Positions 28,462-37,742 of a stretch of 46,023 nt of DNA are shown piece after piece. Within the stretch, counting starts at the first letter, position 1, and the number at the start of each line of letters is the position of its first letter. The translations under genes and the position numbers were made by a program. The notes beneath the pieces are model-generated. The model was not told the origin of the DNA. It made no database searches and saw only the letters and a program-made list of their open reading frames with translations. This stretch comes from Ignavibacteria bacterium (GTDB lineage: Bacteria; Bacteroidota; Ignavibacteria; UBA10030), in assembly GCA_016873755.1 (NCBI GenBank), contig VGWB01000003.1:1-46023 (forward strand), given 5' to 3'.

Positions 28462-28755
28462 TTACTTTTTCGGCATGATGGCGAAGATGTCGCTCTCGCG
28501 CATGATGAGGAGTTCCTCACCGTCGATCGTGACCTCGGTTCCGGAGTACTTGCCGTAGAGCACGCGGTCGCCAACTTTTACTTCCATCGGAATGAGCTTT
28601 CCGTCGTCGGACACCCTTCCCGGTCCGGCAGCGACGACCTCCCCCCATACCGGCTTTTCTTTGGCCGTGTCGGGTACGATGATTCCCCCTTTGGTTTTCT
28701 CTTCGGCCTGCGATGGCTTCACGACAACGCGATCAGCCAATGGCTTGAGAGTCAT
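28462..28755 (-). CDS. groS: Co-chaperonin GroES
   Basis: [30 protein letters not shown]; AAGGAGG ribosome-binding site. Confidence 0.99.
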   Translation of the reverse strand: MTLKPLADRVVVKPSQAEEKTKGGIIVPDTAKEKPVWGEVVAAGPGRVSDDGKLIPMEVKVGDRVLYGKYSGTEVTIDGEELLIMRESDIFAIMPKK

Positions 28756-28814
28756 AGAAGTAACCTCCTTTGTAAGGTTTTATGGTTAAAGAACTTATGG
28801 TAGGACTTGGCTTC

Positions 28815-28841
28815 TTAGCACTCTGTTGGATTGAGTGCTAA
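28815..28841. promoter_or_regulatory. CIRCE operator (HrcA binding site)
   Basis: Perfect TTAGCACTC-N9-GAGTGCTAA upstream of groES. Confidence 0.97.
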
Positions 28842-28842
28842 T

Positions 28843-28871
28843 AATATAAGGGAAAAACGGATTGCTGTCAA
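28843..28871 (-). promoter_or_regulatory. groESL sigma70-type promoter
   Basis: Minus strand TTGACA-N17-TATATT immediately upstream of the CIRCE. Confidence 0.85.
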
Positions 28872-28911
28872 GAGGGGTCAGGCCAGGTAGAAGTCCAACC
28901 TCTGCACGGAA

Positions 28912-28957
28912 AACCTTCCGAAGGTTCTGTCCGTAGCTCCCTGACCTTCGGAAGATT
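28912..28957. repeat. REP doublet (ACCTTCSGAAGGT family) downstream of rsmI
   Basis: AACCTTCCGAAGGTT 28912-28926 and GACCTTCGGAAGATT 28943-28957. Confidence 0.8.
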
Positions 28958-28989
28958 CAACAAAGAGAAGTCGTCGGACCTCCTACCTG

Positions 28990-30252
28990 CTAGGGGCTTT
29001 TCTGGCCCGCGATGATCAGCACATACTCGCCCCTGGGGGGCTTTCTGGAGAGCTCATTGAGAACGGACGTGACGGGTCCCCTCACGATCTCCTCGAATTT
29101 CTTGGTCAGCTCCCGGGCTACCACGACATGCCGGTCGCCCCAGTAGCTCTGGATCTCAGCCAGTGTCTTGAGAACTCTATGGGGGGATTCGTAGAGGATG
29201 ATCGTCCTCGTCTCGGAACGAAGGGTTTCGAGCTTCGTCTTCCTCCCCTTCTTTTGGGGGAGGAATCCCTCGAAAACGAAGCGATCCGTCGGCAGCCCGC
29301 TGACGACCAAAGCCGAGATGAACGCCGCCGCGCCCGGGATAGGGACAATCGGGATCGAGTGAGAAAGCGCTTCACGTACCAGGTAGAAGGCGGGATCCGA
29401 GATTCCCGGTGTGCCCGCGTCAGAAACCACCGCGATGGACTGCCCCGTCAGGAGTTTCTGGAGCAGCTCAGGCGCGCGCCGCCGCTCATTGTAGCTGTGG
29501 TAGCTCACCATCGGCTTGGTGATACCGTAGTGATCGAGAAGAATCTTCGTTTTGCGTGTGTCCTCGGCTGCGATGAGGTCGACGGAAGAGAGAACCCGCA
29601 CAGCGCGGTAGGTGATATCCTCCAGGTTGCCGATGGGGGTGGCAACGAGATACAAACGACTTTCGGAAGGTCTCGAAGGATCAGCTTGATCCTTCCGAAG
29701 GTTCTCTCTGCTCAGACCTTCGGAAGGCTCTTCAACCCCGTGTGCCAGGGCGAATTGCCGATAATCCTCTCCATCTTTGAAAAAGGTGTTTCTCAGGGTC
29801 AAATCCGTGATCGCAGGTTCTCGTAGCCCACACCAGACGGAGAAATCCGAGAACTCCCAAGCCTCGGGTCTTTCAACCAGATGGGCATTGACGGGATTCA
29901 TGTGGATGTAGCGTATCAGCTGCAATGCGTATTCGTCCGAATGAACACGTTTTGCTTTTGACCTCGCCTCGAAAAGAGTTCCCGAATGCTTCCGCTGGAG
30001 ATTCGCGGCCTGAACAAAAGCGTTGAATACGGTCTGCAAGAACTTCGAGATTGAGCCCTGACGTTCTTGCCTCAACACGAGGTGATAATGGTTCGGCAGG
30101 AAGCAGTAAGCCACTACCCTGACTCCGAGACGAGGGGCGTGCTTTCGGAACAGACTCACAAGGTAGGTGTAATTTGCTGGAGAGAAGAATATCGGGGCCT
30201 TGTGCGCACCACGATTGTATACGTGGTAGTATTCCTCGTCCGCAAATCTCAT
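28990..30252 (-). CDS. rsmI: Fusion of a REP-associated tyrosine transposase (HUH/Y1, about aa 1-170) and 16S rRNA C1402 2'-O-methyltransferase RsmI (aa 199-420)
   Basis: N-terminal YYHVYNRG, YCFLPNHYHL (HUH), YIHMNPV (catalytic Tyr), WEFS; C-terminal LYLVATPIGNLEDIT, AAEDTR, SDAGTPGISDP, YESPHR, ARELTKKFEE, RGE; no stop codon between the domains. Confidence 0.9.
   Translation of the reverse strand: MRFADEEYYHVYNRGAHKAPIFFSPANYTYLVSLFRKHAPRLGVRVVAYCFLPNHYHLVLRQERQGSISKFLQTVFNAFVQAANLQRKHSGTLFEARSKAKRVHSDEYALQLIRYIHMNPVNAHLVERPEAWEFSDFSVWCGLREPAITDLTLRNTFFKDGEDYRQFALAHGVEEPSEGLSRENLRKDQADPSRPSESRLYLVATPIGNLEDITYRAVRVLSSVDLIAAEDTRKTKILLDHYGITKPMVSYHSYNERRRAPELLQKLLTGQSIAVVSDAGTPGISDPAFYLVREALSHSIPIVPIPGAAAFISALVVSGLPTDRFVFEGFLPQKKGRKTKLETLRSETRTIILYESPHRVLKTLAEIQSYWGDRHVVVARELTKKFEEIVRGPVTSVLNELSRKPPRGEYVLIIAGQKSP
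29658..29729. repeat. REP cluster encoding the RAYT-RsmI linker
   Basis: GACTTTCGGAAGGTC 29658-29672, hairpin GAAGGATCA-GCT-TGATCCTTC 29675-29695, TCCTTCCGAAGGTT 29690-29703, GACCTTCGGAAGGCT 29715-29729. Confidence 0.8.
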
Positions 30253-30268
30253 TAGATCTGGCCTTGAT

Positions 30269-30283
30269 AACCTTCAGAAGGTC
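30269..30283. repeat. Single REP copy upstream of the RAYT start
   Basis: AACCTTCAGAAGGTC between the nadE stop and the RAYT ATG. Confidence 0.75.
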
Positions 30284-30286
30284 ATG

Positions 30287-31168
30287 CTAGGTCCCCCAAT
30301 CACGCAGATAGCGGAAATCGACATCAATTGTTCGGTTGGAAACCTTCGCAATGAGCGGCAACCGGCGCTTGAATTGGCTCTTGCGGATGAGCCCCTTCAC
30401 TTTGTCAATAAGCTCCTGCTCGAATCCGAGCGAGACGAGCTCTTGATCGGTCCGGCGCTCGTCAACCAAATGGTAAAGCAGCGAATCAAGGCGGGCGTAC
30501 ACAAGGCCCAACTCGCCTTCATCTGACTGCCCTTCCCAGAGATCTGCGGTAGGTGTCTTCTCGACGATGGACTGCGGCACACCGAGTGCCCGCGCCAGCT
30601 GCCATACCTGCGTTTTGTAAAGGTCACCCAGCGGATTGATCGCGGAAGCCGTGTCGCCGTAGAGCGTCCCGTACCCGACCAACAGTTCCGTCTTGTTGCT
30701 CGTACCGATGACGAGCGCCTGCTCGCGCGCTGAGATGTCGTACAACACAATCATTCTCACGCGCGCCATCACGTTCCCGCGCCGCACGCGATCCGTCACC
30801 TTCCACCGGTCACAATAGGCGTCGACCATCGGGGAGATGTCCACAAGCTCGGACCGTATGCCGAGTCGGTCGATCACCACCTGGGCATCTTTAACGCTTT
30901 GGGGGCTGCTGGTTTTGTAGGGTAGGATAACGCCGAGCGTATTTTCTTTTCCGAGCGCTTCCGAGGCGAGGCAAGCACTTACTGCAGAATCAACGCCCCC
31001 GGAGACACCTACTACGCCCTTCTGAAAACCTGCGCTTTGCGTCTCGTCTCGCACGAACCCGACGAGCAGCTCCTTCACGAGGTCCATATTGAGCTCGAGA
31101 CCCCCGTTTGGATCTTTCGGCACCGATTCCACGTTAGCTCCTGATGCGTTACCGGAATGCGAAATCAC
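30287..31168 (-). CDS. nadE: NH3-dependent NAD+ synthetase
   Basis: GVSGGVDS, GNVMARVRM, GTSNKTE..GYGTLYGD, LYKTQV, PTADLWEGQSDE; start uncertain. Confidence 0.95.
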   Translation of the reverse strand: MISHSGNASGANVESVPKDPNGGLELNMDLVKELLVGFVRDETQSAGFQKGVVGVSGGVDSAVSACLASEALGKENTLGVILPYKTSSPQSVKDAQVVIDRLGIRSELVDISPMVDAYCDRWKVTDRVRRGNVMARVRMIVLYDISAREQALVIGTSNKTELLVGYGTLYGDTASAINPLGDLYKTQVWQLARALGVPQSIVEKTPTADLWEGQSDEGELGLVYARLDSLLYHLVDERRTDQELVSLGFEQELIDKVKGLIRKSQFKRRLPLIAKVSNRTIDVDFRYLRDWGT

Positions 31169-31290
31169 TAATTTTCAACCAAGTTTCCCCGGCGCTATAT
31201 CGCCCGCACACCGCGATCGTACGGTCATCCTTGCTCGCCCCGACGAAGCCCACGTACGGCAGCACCCGGCCTGATGCAGAGCGACCGTTG

Positions 31291-32730
31291 CTAGTCCCCC
31301 CGGCTGATGTCCATCAAGGCGGCCCGGATAATCCGGATTCCTTCATCGACTTCACCCGTGGTCAGATTCAGCGGAGGGCGGAAACGAATCGAACGGTCAC
31401 CGCACCCGATCAGAATCAGGCCCTCATCGTACGCTTTGGTCCGCAACTGGTCCCTGCTCTGTGCCGAATCCAGATCGACGGAGCAGAGCAATCCCCGACC
31501 GCGTGCATTGAGAACCAGACCCGGAAATTCCTGTTGGATCAGTTCGAGATTATGCAGCAGGTAGGCTCCGACCTTGCGGGCGTTCTCGGAAAGCTTCTCC
31601 TCCTCGATGATTTCGAGAATCCTCTGAAACCTGACCATATCCACCAGATTCCCGCCGAATGTCGAATTGATCCTGCTCGGCTTGTGGAACACATTCTCCA
31701 GCACATCATCGATTCGATTGCTGCACATGAAGCCGCAAACCTGGGTCTTCTTGCCGAACGCCATCAGGTCCGGTTTCACGAAATGCTCGTGCGCCCATAT
31801 CTTTCCTGTTATCCCGATACCCGTCTGGACTTCATCGAAGACGAGAAGGATGTCGCTCTCGTCGCAGACGCTCCGCAGCTCGACGAAGAACTCCTTTCGG
31901 AAGTGGTTATCGCCCCCCTCGCACTGGATAGGCTCGATAATCAGAGCCGCAATGTCGTCGGGATTGTTTATGATCGCTTGCTTGACCTGTTGAAGAGCGA
32001 CGGCTTCTTCCTTCCGCACGAGGGCAAGATTCTCATTGTTCAAGGGGAATCGGATCGCCGGATTGTGGATACGGGGCCACCGGAATTTCGGGTAGTAGTT
32101 CGTTTTTGCCGGATCCGTGTTCGTCAGCGACAGGGTGTAGCCGCTCCTCCCGTGAAATGCATGGCGGAAATGGATTACCTGACGTCCGCGTTCCTCCGTG
32201 TATCCCTTGATGAAGTTCTTTCGGACCTTCCAGTCGAACGCCGTCTTCAGGGCATTCTCCACCGCCAGCGCGCCCCCGTCGATGAAAAACATGTACGGCA
32301 GATAGTCCGGCCTCGCGATGCGCGCAAAGGTCTCCACGAACTCCGCCATTTCAACGGTGTACGCATCCGAGCTAGACGGCTTATTGACCGCCACCGAGCC
32401 GAGCTTTTCGAGAAAGGCTGGCGAAGTCATCTTCGGGTGGTTCAGTCCAACCGACCCTGAAGCATAAAACGTAAAGAAATCCAGATAGCGTTTGTTGTAC
32501 CGCGAATCGAAGAGATAGGCGCCCTGACTTCTTCTCAGATCGACAACGAGGTCAAATCCGTCCACCAGCATGTGTTTCGAGAGCGATGCGTGGACTTCCG
32601 TGGGGAGAATCCTGACCGGATTCCTTGTCGTGGGCTTGTTGACCGCTCGGGCCATTTCATTCTTGGTCGAACCGTCTTTCGCGGCAGCAGGGACTATTCG
32701 TCCTACACTTGTTCCAGCTATGTCACGCAT
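31291..32730 (-). CDS. lat: L-lysine 6-transaminase (class III PLP aminotransferase)
   Basis: HMLVDGFDLVVDL, GALAVENALKTAFDWK, AFHGRSGYTLSLTNT, DEVQTG, FGKKTQVCG, SRINSTFGG; start may be 32655. Confidence 0.88.
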   Translation of the reverse strand: MRDIAGTSVGRIVPAAAKDGSTKNEMARAVNKPTTRNPVRILPTEVHASLSKHMLVDGFDLVVDLRRSQGAYLFDSRYNKRYLDFFTFYASGSVGLNHPKMTSPAFLEKLGSVAVNKPSSSDAYTVEMAEFVETFARIARPDYLPYMFFIDGGALAVENALKTAFDWKVRKNFIKGYTEERGRQVIHFRHAFHGRSGYTLSLTNTDPAKTNYYPKFRWPRIHNPAIRFPLNNENLALVRKEEAVALQQVKQAIINNPDDIAALIIEPIQCEGGDNHFRKEFFVELRSVCDESDILLVFDEVQTGIGITGKIWAHEHFVKPDLMAFGKKTQVCGFMCSNRIDDVLENVFHKPSRINSTFGGNLVDMVRFQRILEIIEEEKLSENARKVGAYLLHNLELIQQEFPGLVLNARGRGLLCSVDLDSAQSRDQLRTKAYDEGLILIGCGDRSIRFRPPLNLTTGEVDEGIRIIRAALMDISRGD

Positions 32731-32854
32731 ATGTCACCAGAGAGTTTTCCTGTGATGTGAGAGATGTCCTTTAACCGTGCGGATTTTTCCCTCCACATCA
32801 GAAGAACTCCTGGTGTTCATAGAAGGAGATAATGTAGTGACGCCCGGCCATATC

Positions 32855-34348
32855 TTACCTGTCAACGCTATCGATCTGCGCGCGCTGGAGCGTGCCGCTG
32901 TAATCTACATACACCGTCTTCCATTCCGTGAAGAAATCGTAGACCGTCCAGCCCCCCTCGCGATGGCCGTTGCCCGTTTCCTTCACTCCACCGAAGGGCA
33001 TATGCGCTTCGGCGCCGATGGTTGGACTATTGATGTACGTGATTCCTGCCTCGATATCGCGAATTGCGCGATACGCGTTGTTGATGTCCTGCGTGTAGAT
33101 CGACGACGAGAGGCCGTACGTCGTGTCATTGCAGATGTCAATCGCCTCCTCGAAGGACTTTGCTTTGATGACGGACAATACCGGACCGAAGATCTCCTCA
33201 CGTGCAACACGCATCGTGCGAGTTACATCGCCAAGCACGGTGGGCTCGTAGAACCATCCTTTCGATAACCCGTCGCCAGTGGCGTCTTTGCCGCCCGCAA
33301 GCAGCTTTGCCCCTTCAGCCTGCCCAATCTTCACATATTCATCCACGATTTGCCGCTGTTTCTCGTTTACGCATGGACCGACATCCGAGCCACTCTTGAG
33401 TCCGTCGCCTAGCCGGAGCTTCTTCGTGGCGCTGACGACCATCGACGTGAACTTGTCATACACGCTTTCGTGGATAATGAGCCTGCTGGTCGCCGTGCAG
33501 CGTTGTCCCGTCGTGCCGAACGCTCCCCACAGCACACCCTCGAGCGCCAAATCAAAGTCAGCGTCGTCCATAACGATTTGAGCATTCTTTCCCCCAAGCT
33601 CGAGGGAGACACGCTTCAGGGATCGGCTGGCGATTTCGGAGATTTTCTTTCCAACACTGGTCGAGCCGGTGAAGCTGACCAGGTCGACCTCGGGATGTTC
33701 AACCAAGGCAATACCAACCTCGGTGCCTCCACCATGGACAATATTGATGACCCCGGGCGGGATCCCCGCCTCGAGCAGAATCTCCACAAGCGTTGTTGCC
33801 GTCGCCGGCGTATCGGAAGCAGGCTTGAACACCACGGTATTCCCGCAGAGCAGCGCCGGAAATATCTTCCACGTCGGAATGGCCATGGGGAAATTCCACG
33901 GCGTGATGATTGCAGCTACGCCGATCGGTACACGAATGGCCATGTTGAACTTGCTCGGCAGTTCAGAAGGGACGGTGTGGCCGAATAGTCTTCGCCCCTC
34001 CGAAGATGCGTAATACGCGGTGTCGATGCCCTCCTGGACATCACCTCGCGTCTCCAGGAGAACCTTGCCCATCTCGCGCGTCATCTGCTGCGCGACCTCC
34101 TCCTTTCGCGAGGTCAGAAGGTCCCCCACCTTTCGCATGATATCACCCCTCCTGGGTGCAGGCACGAGGCGCCACGTATCAAAAGCCTTCCTCGCGGCTT
34201 TGACGGCCTCCTCCACATCCTCCTTGCTGGAGAGCGGAAAAGTCCCGACAAGCTCATCCCAGTTCGCCGGGTTTCGGTTTTCAAATGTTCTTCCTGATTT
34301 CGCATCAACCCATTTGCCGTTGATGTAGTTCTGGAACTTCTTTGCCAT
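32855..34348 (-). CDS. Aldehyde dehydrogenase (candidate piperideine-6-carboxylate/aminoadipate-semialdehyde dehydrogenase by context)
   Basis: PWNFP, FTGST, LELGGKN, GQRCTA, EEIFGP; next to lat; GAGGTG before ATG 34348. Confidence 0.88.
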   Translation of the reverse strand: MAKKFQNYINGKWVDAKSGRTFENRNPANWDELVGTFPLSSKEDVEEAVKAARKAFDTWRLVPAPRRGDIMRKVGDLLTSRKEEVAQQMTREMGKVLLETRGDVQEGIDTAYYASSEGRRLFGHTVPSELPSKFNMAIRVPIGVAAIITPWNFPMAIPTWKIFPALLCGNTVVFKPASDTPATATTLVEILLEAGIPPGVINIVHGGGTEVGIALVEHPEVDLVSFTGSTSVGKKISEIASRSLKRVSLELGGKNAQIVMDDADFDLALEGVLWGAFGTTGQRCTATSRLIIHESVYDKFTSMVVSATKKLRLGDGLKSGSDVGPCVNEKQRQIVDEYVKIGQAEGAKLLAGGKDATGDGLSKGWFYEPTVLGDVTRTMRVAREEIFGPVLSVIKAKSFEEAIDICNDTTYGLSSSIYTQDINNAYRAIRDIEAGITYINSPTIGAEAHMPFGGVKETGNGHREGGWTVYDFFTEWKTVYVDYSGTLQRAQIDSVDR

Positions 34349-34367
34349 GGGGCACCTCGCGTTTAGT

Positions 34368-35663
34368 TCAGTCCAGTCCGACTTGATGAAAAATGTAATC
34401 AATGTGTTTCAAGCTTCGTTTCGGGTCAAAGAGTTCGTCGAGATCAGCCTTGGACAGGAGCCGGGTGACATCCTCTCGTTTCGCCAACAACACCTTGAAA
34501 TCCGTCCTCTCCTGCCAGACCTTCATCGCTTCTTCCTGCACGACCCGATAGGCATCCTCGCGCTTCATTCCTTTCTTTGTCAGAGCCAGAAGCACATCCT
34601 GAGAAAAGATCAGGCCGCCCGTTCGGTTGATGTTCTCGAGCATGTGGTCAGGATAGACAAGCAGCTGTTCAACGATCTTGGTGAACTCGCCAAGCATGTA
34701 GTCCATAAGGATGCAGCTGTCGGGTATGATCACCCTTTCGACCGATGAGTGGGTGATGTCCCGTTCATGCCACAGCGCAACGTTTTCCATTGCCGCAAGG
34801 GCGTTTCCCCGGAGTACGCGCGAGAGTCCGGCGACGCGCTCACACGTTATGGGATTGCGTTTGTGCGGCATCGCCGACGAGCCCTTCTGACCTTTCGAGA
34901 AATACTCTTCGACCTCAAGAACTTCGGTTTTCTGCAGATGACGGATCTCCGTGGAGAACTTCTCAAGAGAACAGGCGCACACGGCGAGCGTGTTCATAAA
35001 CTCTGCATGGCGGTCCCGCTGAAGGACCTGCGTGGAAATCGGCGCAGGCTTCAGTCCGAGCTTTTGGCAGACGAAACGCTCGACTGAGGGGTCCAGATGA
35101 GCGTAGGTCCCGACGGCACCGGAAATCTGGCCTACAGCAACGGTTTCCAGGGCATTCGCGAGGCGCTTGATATTGCGGCCGGTCTCGGCGTGCCAGAGAG
35201 CAAATTTCAGCCCGAGCGTGACCGGTTCAGCGTGAATCCCGTGGGTGCGGCCGATCATCGGCGTATGCTTGAATTCCTTGGCCCGTTTGGCAAGGACGAC
35301 CAGCAACGCCTCGTGGTCCTTCAGGAGCAGCTCGGCAGATTGTTTCATCTGGATTGCCAGGGCGGTGTCGAGCACATCGGAAGAAGTCATGCCGAGATGG
35401 ATGAACCGCGATTCCGGCCCGACATGCTCCCCGACGTTCGTCAGAAACGCGATCACGTCATGCTTAACCTCGCTCTCAATTTCCAGGATACGATTGACAT
35501 CGAACTTCGCCTTGGACCGGATGACGTCGACAGCCTCGCGCGGGATGACGCCAAGCTGTGCCTGGGCCTCGCACGCGAGGAGCTCTATCTCAAGCCAGAT
35601 GCGGAATTTGTTCTCGTCTTCCCATATGCTGCCCATCTCGGGGCGTGTGTATCGAGCAATCAT
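34368..35663 (-). CDS. purB: Adenylosuccinate lyase
   Basis: [37 protein letters not shown]. Confidence 0.97.
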   Translation of the reverse strand: MIARYTRPEMGSIWEDENKFRIWLEIELLACEAQAQLGVIPREAVDVIRSKAKFDVNRILEIESEVKHDVIAFLTNVGEHVGPESRFIHLGMTSSDVLDTALAIQMKQSAELLLKDHEALLVVLAKRAKEFKHTPMIGRTHGIHAEPVTLGLKFALWHAETGRNIKRLANALETVAVGQISGAVGTYAHLDPSVERFVCQKLGLKPAPISTQVLQRDRHAEFMNTLAVCACSLEKFSTEIRHLQKTEVLEVEEYFSKGQKGSSAMPHKRNPITCERVAGLSRVLRGNALAAMENVALWHERDITHSSVERVIIPDSCILMDYMLGEFTKIVEQLLVYPDHMLENINRTGGLIFSQDVLLALTKKGMKREDAYRVVQEEAMKVWQERTDFKVLLAKREDVTRLLSKADLDELFDPKRSLKHIDYIFHQVGLD

Positions 35664-35679
35664 AACGGATCCGTGCATT

Positions 35680-36900
35680 CTAAGGCGATTTCTGTTCGAG
35701 CTTAAGCTCGATATCAAGCAATTTGCGTTCGCGGTAGACCTTCAGCTTCAACACATCGCCGGGATTCGCATCGCTCAGAATGGCAAACAGCTCCTCTTCC
35801 GAATTGACCTTGTCCCCGTCTATTTCCAGAATGATGTCCCCCACTTTCATGCCGGCTCGTTCGGCAGGACTCTTCGAATAGATATCGCTCACAATCACTC
35901 CTCGCACCTCGGACAGTCCAAAGTAGCGCGCGATGCGCGCGTCCACCTGCTGCGATTCAAAGCCGGTCCAGATATCCCGCACCACCTTGCCACGTTTCCG
36001 GAGCTCAGCGACGACCTTTTTCACCTTGTTGACAGGAATCGCGAAGCCATATCCAACGAAGGCCTGGCTCACTCCCCCCGTAAAGATTATCGTGTTGATG
36101 CCGACGACTTCCCCCCTGCTGTTGACCAGCGGTCCTCCGCTGTTGCCCTGATTGATAGCGGCGTCAGTCTCGATCATATCGCGGTAAACCGAGTTGCCCT
36201 GACGACCGAGGTTCATTCCAACCGAGCTAATGACGCCCACGGTGACCGTCGGCTTATCATTGATCTCAAAGAGACCGAACGGGTTCCCGAGCGCAATCGC
36301 CCACTCACCAATGATGACATCATCCGATCGACCGAGGATCGCGTATGGAAGATCCTTGCCATCGACCTTCAGCAAGGCGATATCGGTAAGCGCATCGGAT
36401 CCGACCAACTCAGCTTTCATCCGGTCGCCGCCGACGAACGTCACTGTGATTTCAGAGGCGTTCCCTGCAACGTGGTAGTTCGTGACGATGTAACCGTCGG
36501 ACGAGATGACAACCCCGGATCCAAGGTTCCTTACCTGGTAGCGCTGAGGCCCGACGAACTGGCGCCAGAAATCGTCCCCAAAAAAGCGCCGGAACATCGG
36601 GTCAACCTGGATAAGGCCCGGCTGCTCCCGGATTTCTGTCACATTGATGCCCACCGTGGCGGGACTCACTTTCGCCACGGCCCGCGTGATCGCATTCTGC
36701 CGCGACTCGGTGATCTGATCCTGCGAAGGCCTATCCGGCACATTCACAGACGACGGGAGAGCACTTTCAAACGAGACATGCTGGCTTTCTCCCGCGGTCG
36801 CAGCCGCTGAGGGGCGTATGCTGTAACCGACTCCAAAGCCCAGAGCCAGCGGAATCAGCACAATCAACAGAAATGCTACCGGGTGCCTTTTCATGTCCAT
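35680..36900 (-). CDS. HtrA/DegP-family serine protease with one PDZ domain
   Basis: GSGVVIS..TNYHV, DIALLK, TDAAINQGNSGGPL, C-terminal PDZ, N-terminal TM/signal. Confidence 0.93.
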   Translation of the reverse strand: MDMKRHPVAFLLIVLIPLALGFGVGYSIRPSAAATAGESQHVSFESALPSSVNVPDRPSQDQITESRQNAITRAVAKVSPATVGINVTEIREQPGLIQVDPMFRRFFGDDFWRQFVGPQRYQVRNLGSGVVISSDGYIVTNYHVAGNASEITVTFVGGDRMKAELVGSDALTDIALLKVDGKDLPYAILGRSDDVIIGEWAIALGNPFGLFEINDKPTVTVGVISSVGMNLGRQGNSVYRDMIETDAAINQGNSGGPLVNSRGEVVGINTIIFTGGVSQAFVGYGFAIPVNKVKKVVAELRKRGKVVRDIWTGFESQQVDARIARYFGLSEVRGVIVSDIYSKSPAERAGMKVGDIILEIDGDKVNSEEELFAILSDANPGDVLKLKVYRERKLLDIELKLEQKSP

Positions 36901-36933
36901 CCCAGAGGAAGAATTTGTGGGTCCAACCGCACA

Positions 36934-37554
36934 CTATCCGGTCTTTGACTGCTTCCAAACCGCACTCACGACATCGTAGTGAGCAAGCAAGAGCAAGATG
37001 CTCAAAATGCATACAAAGAAAAGGAACATCCCCGATTCCGTTTGAACTGCGATGAATGTATCCACCCAGCTCCAGGGGATGATCCAGAGAATGGCCGGCG
37101 TGAGGAAAATGGAGATAAGGTTCGATGTGAGGATATCTCTGCGGAGCAATCTCCCAACCAACCACACCGTGCACCAGACAATTGCATAACTGAATCCCAG
37201 CAGTAACAGCCCTCCGGCAGTCGTAGAGAGGCCTCGCCCACCCTTGAACCGCAGCCAAATCGGATAGTTGTGTCCGGCAATGGCCCCGAAAAGGGCAACT
37301 GCCTGGCTGGAGAACTCACCCGAGAACGCCTGGCCGACTCCATACACCGCCACGAAGCCCTTGAGCGCATCCAGAATCCCCACGAGCACGCCGGTGGCTT
37401 TCGAGCCCGTCACCGAATAGGCGTTGAAACCGCCGCCCTTTCCACTCCCTTCCCTAAGTACATCAACATGATGTTTCTTCTTCACAACCAGATAGCCTGC
37501 CGGGATCGACCCGATCAGATATCCGACAAGAAAAACCGCAAGAAGGTTGAGCAT
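36934..37554 (-). CDS. Divergent PlsY-family (glycerol-3-phosphate acyltransferase-like) protein
   Basis: YLIGSIP, LDALKG, GHNYPIWLRFKGGRG; motifs 1 and 3 altered. Confidence 0.75.
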   Translation of the reverse strand: MLNLLAVFLVGYLIGSIPAGYLVVKKKHHVDVLREGSGKGGGFNAYSVTGSKATGVLVGILDALKGFVAVYGVGQAFSGEFSSQAVALFGAIAGHNYPIWLRFKGGRGLSTTAGGLLLLGFSYAIVWCTVWLVGRLLRRDILTSNLISIFLTPAILWIIPWSWVDTFIAVQTESGMFLFFVCILSILLLLAHYDVVSAVWKQSKTG

Positions 37555-37676
37555 ATGCTGGCGCCAAATTATCGATTTTCCGGCACAAGTCGCAGGTAGA
37601 AATTACTGAAAAGGCCCACCAGAATCAAGGCAAGGGAGCCTTGAAGAAGTCGACTTCCTTGAATCCGTGACGAGAC

Positions 37677-37707
37677 AAAAAAGGGCAGCACCGATTTGGC
37701 TGCCCTT
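37677..37707 (-). terminator. Intrinsic terminator after gpsA
   Basis: Stem AAGGGCAGC / GCTGCCCTT with a U-run on the minus strand. Confidence 0.8.
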
Positions 37708-37742
37708 CATCTTGTTCGAGCGAATGAGAAAACTCGGCGACT

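Noticed and set aside
28912-30283. Short recurring palindromes considered as a CRISPR array
   Set aside because: Units are about 15 nt, irregularly spaced, and no cas genes are present; they fit REPs beside a RAYT
35245-36810. 521-aa plus-strand ORF, and similar long antisense ORFs at 31144-32460, 16925-18043, 40542-41684 and 3532-4629
   Set aside because: Each lies opposite a clearly identified gene; expected in GC-rich DNA
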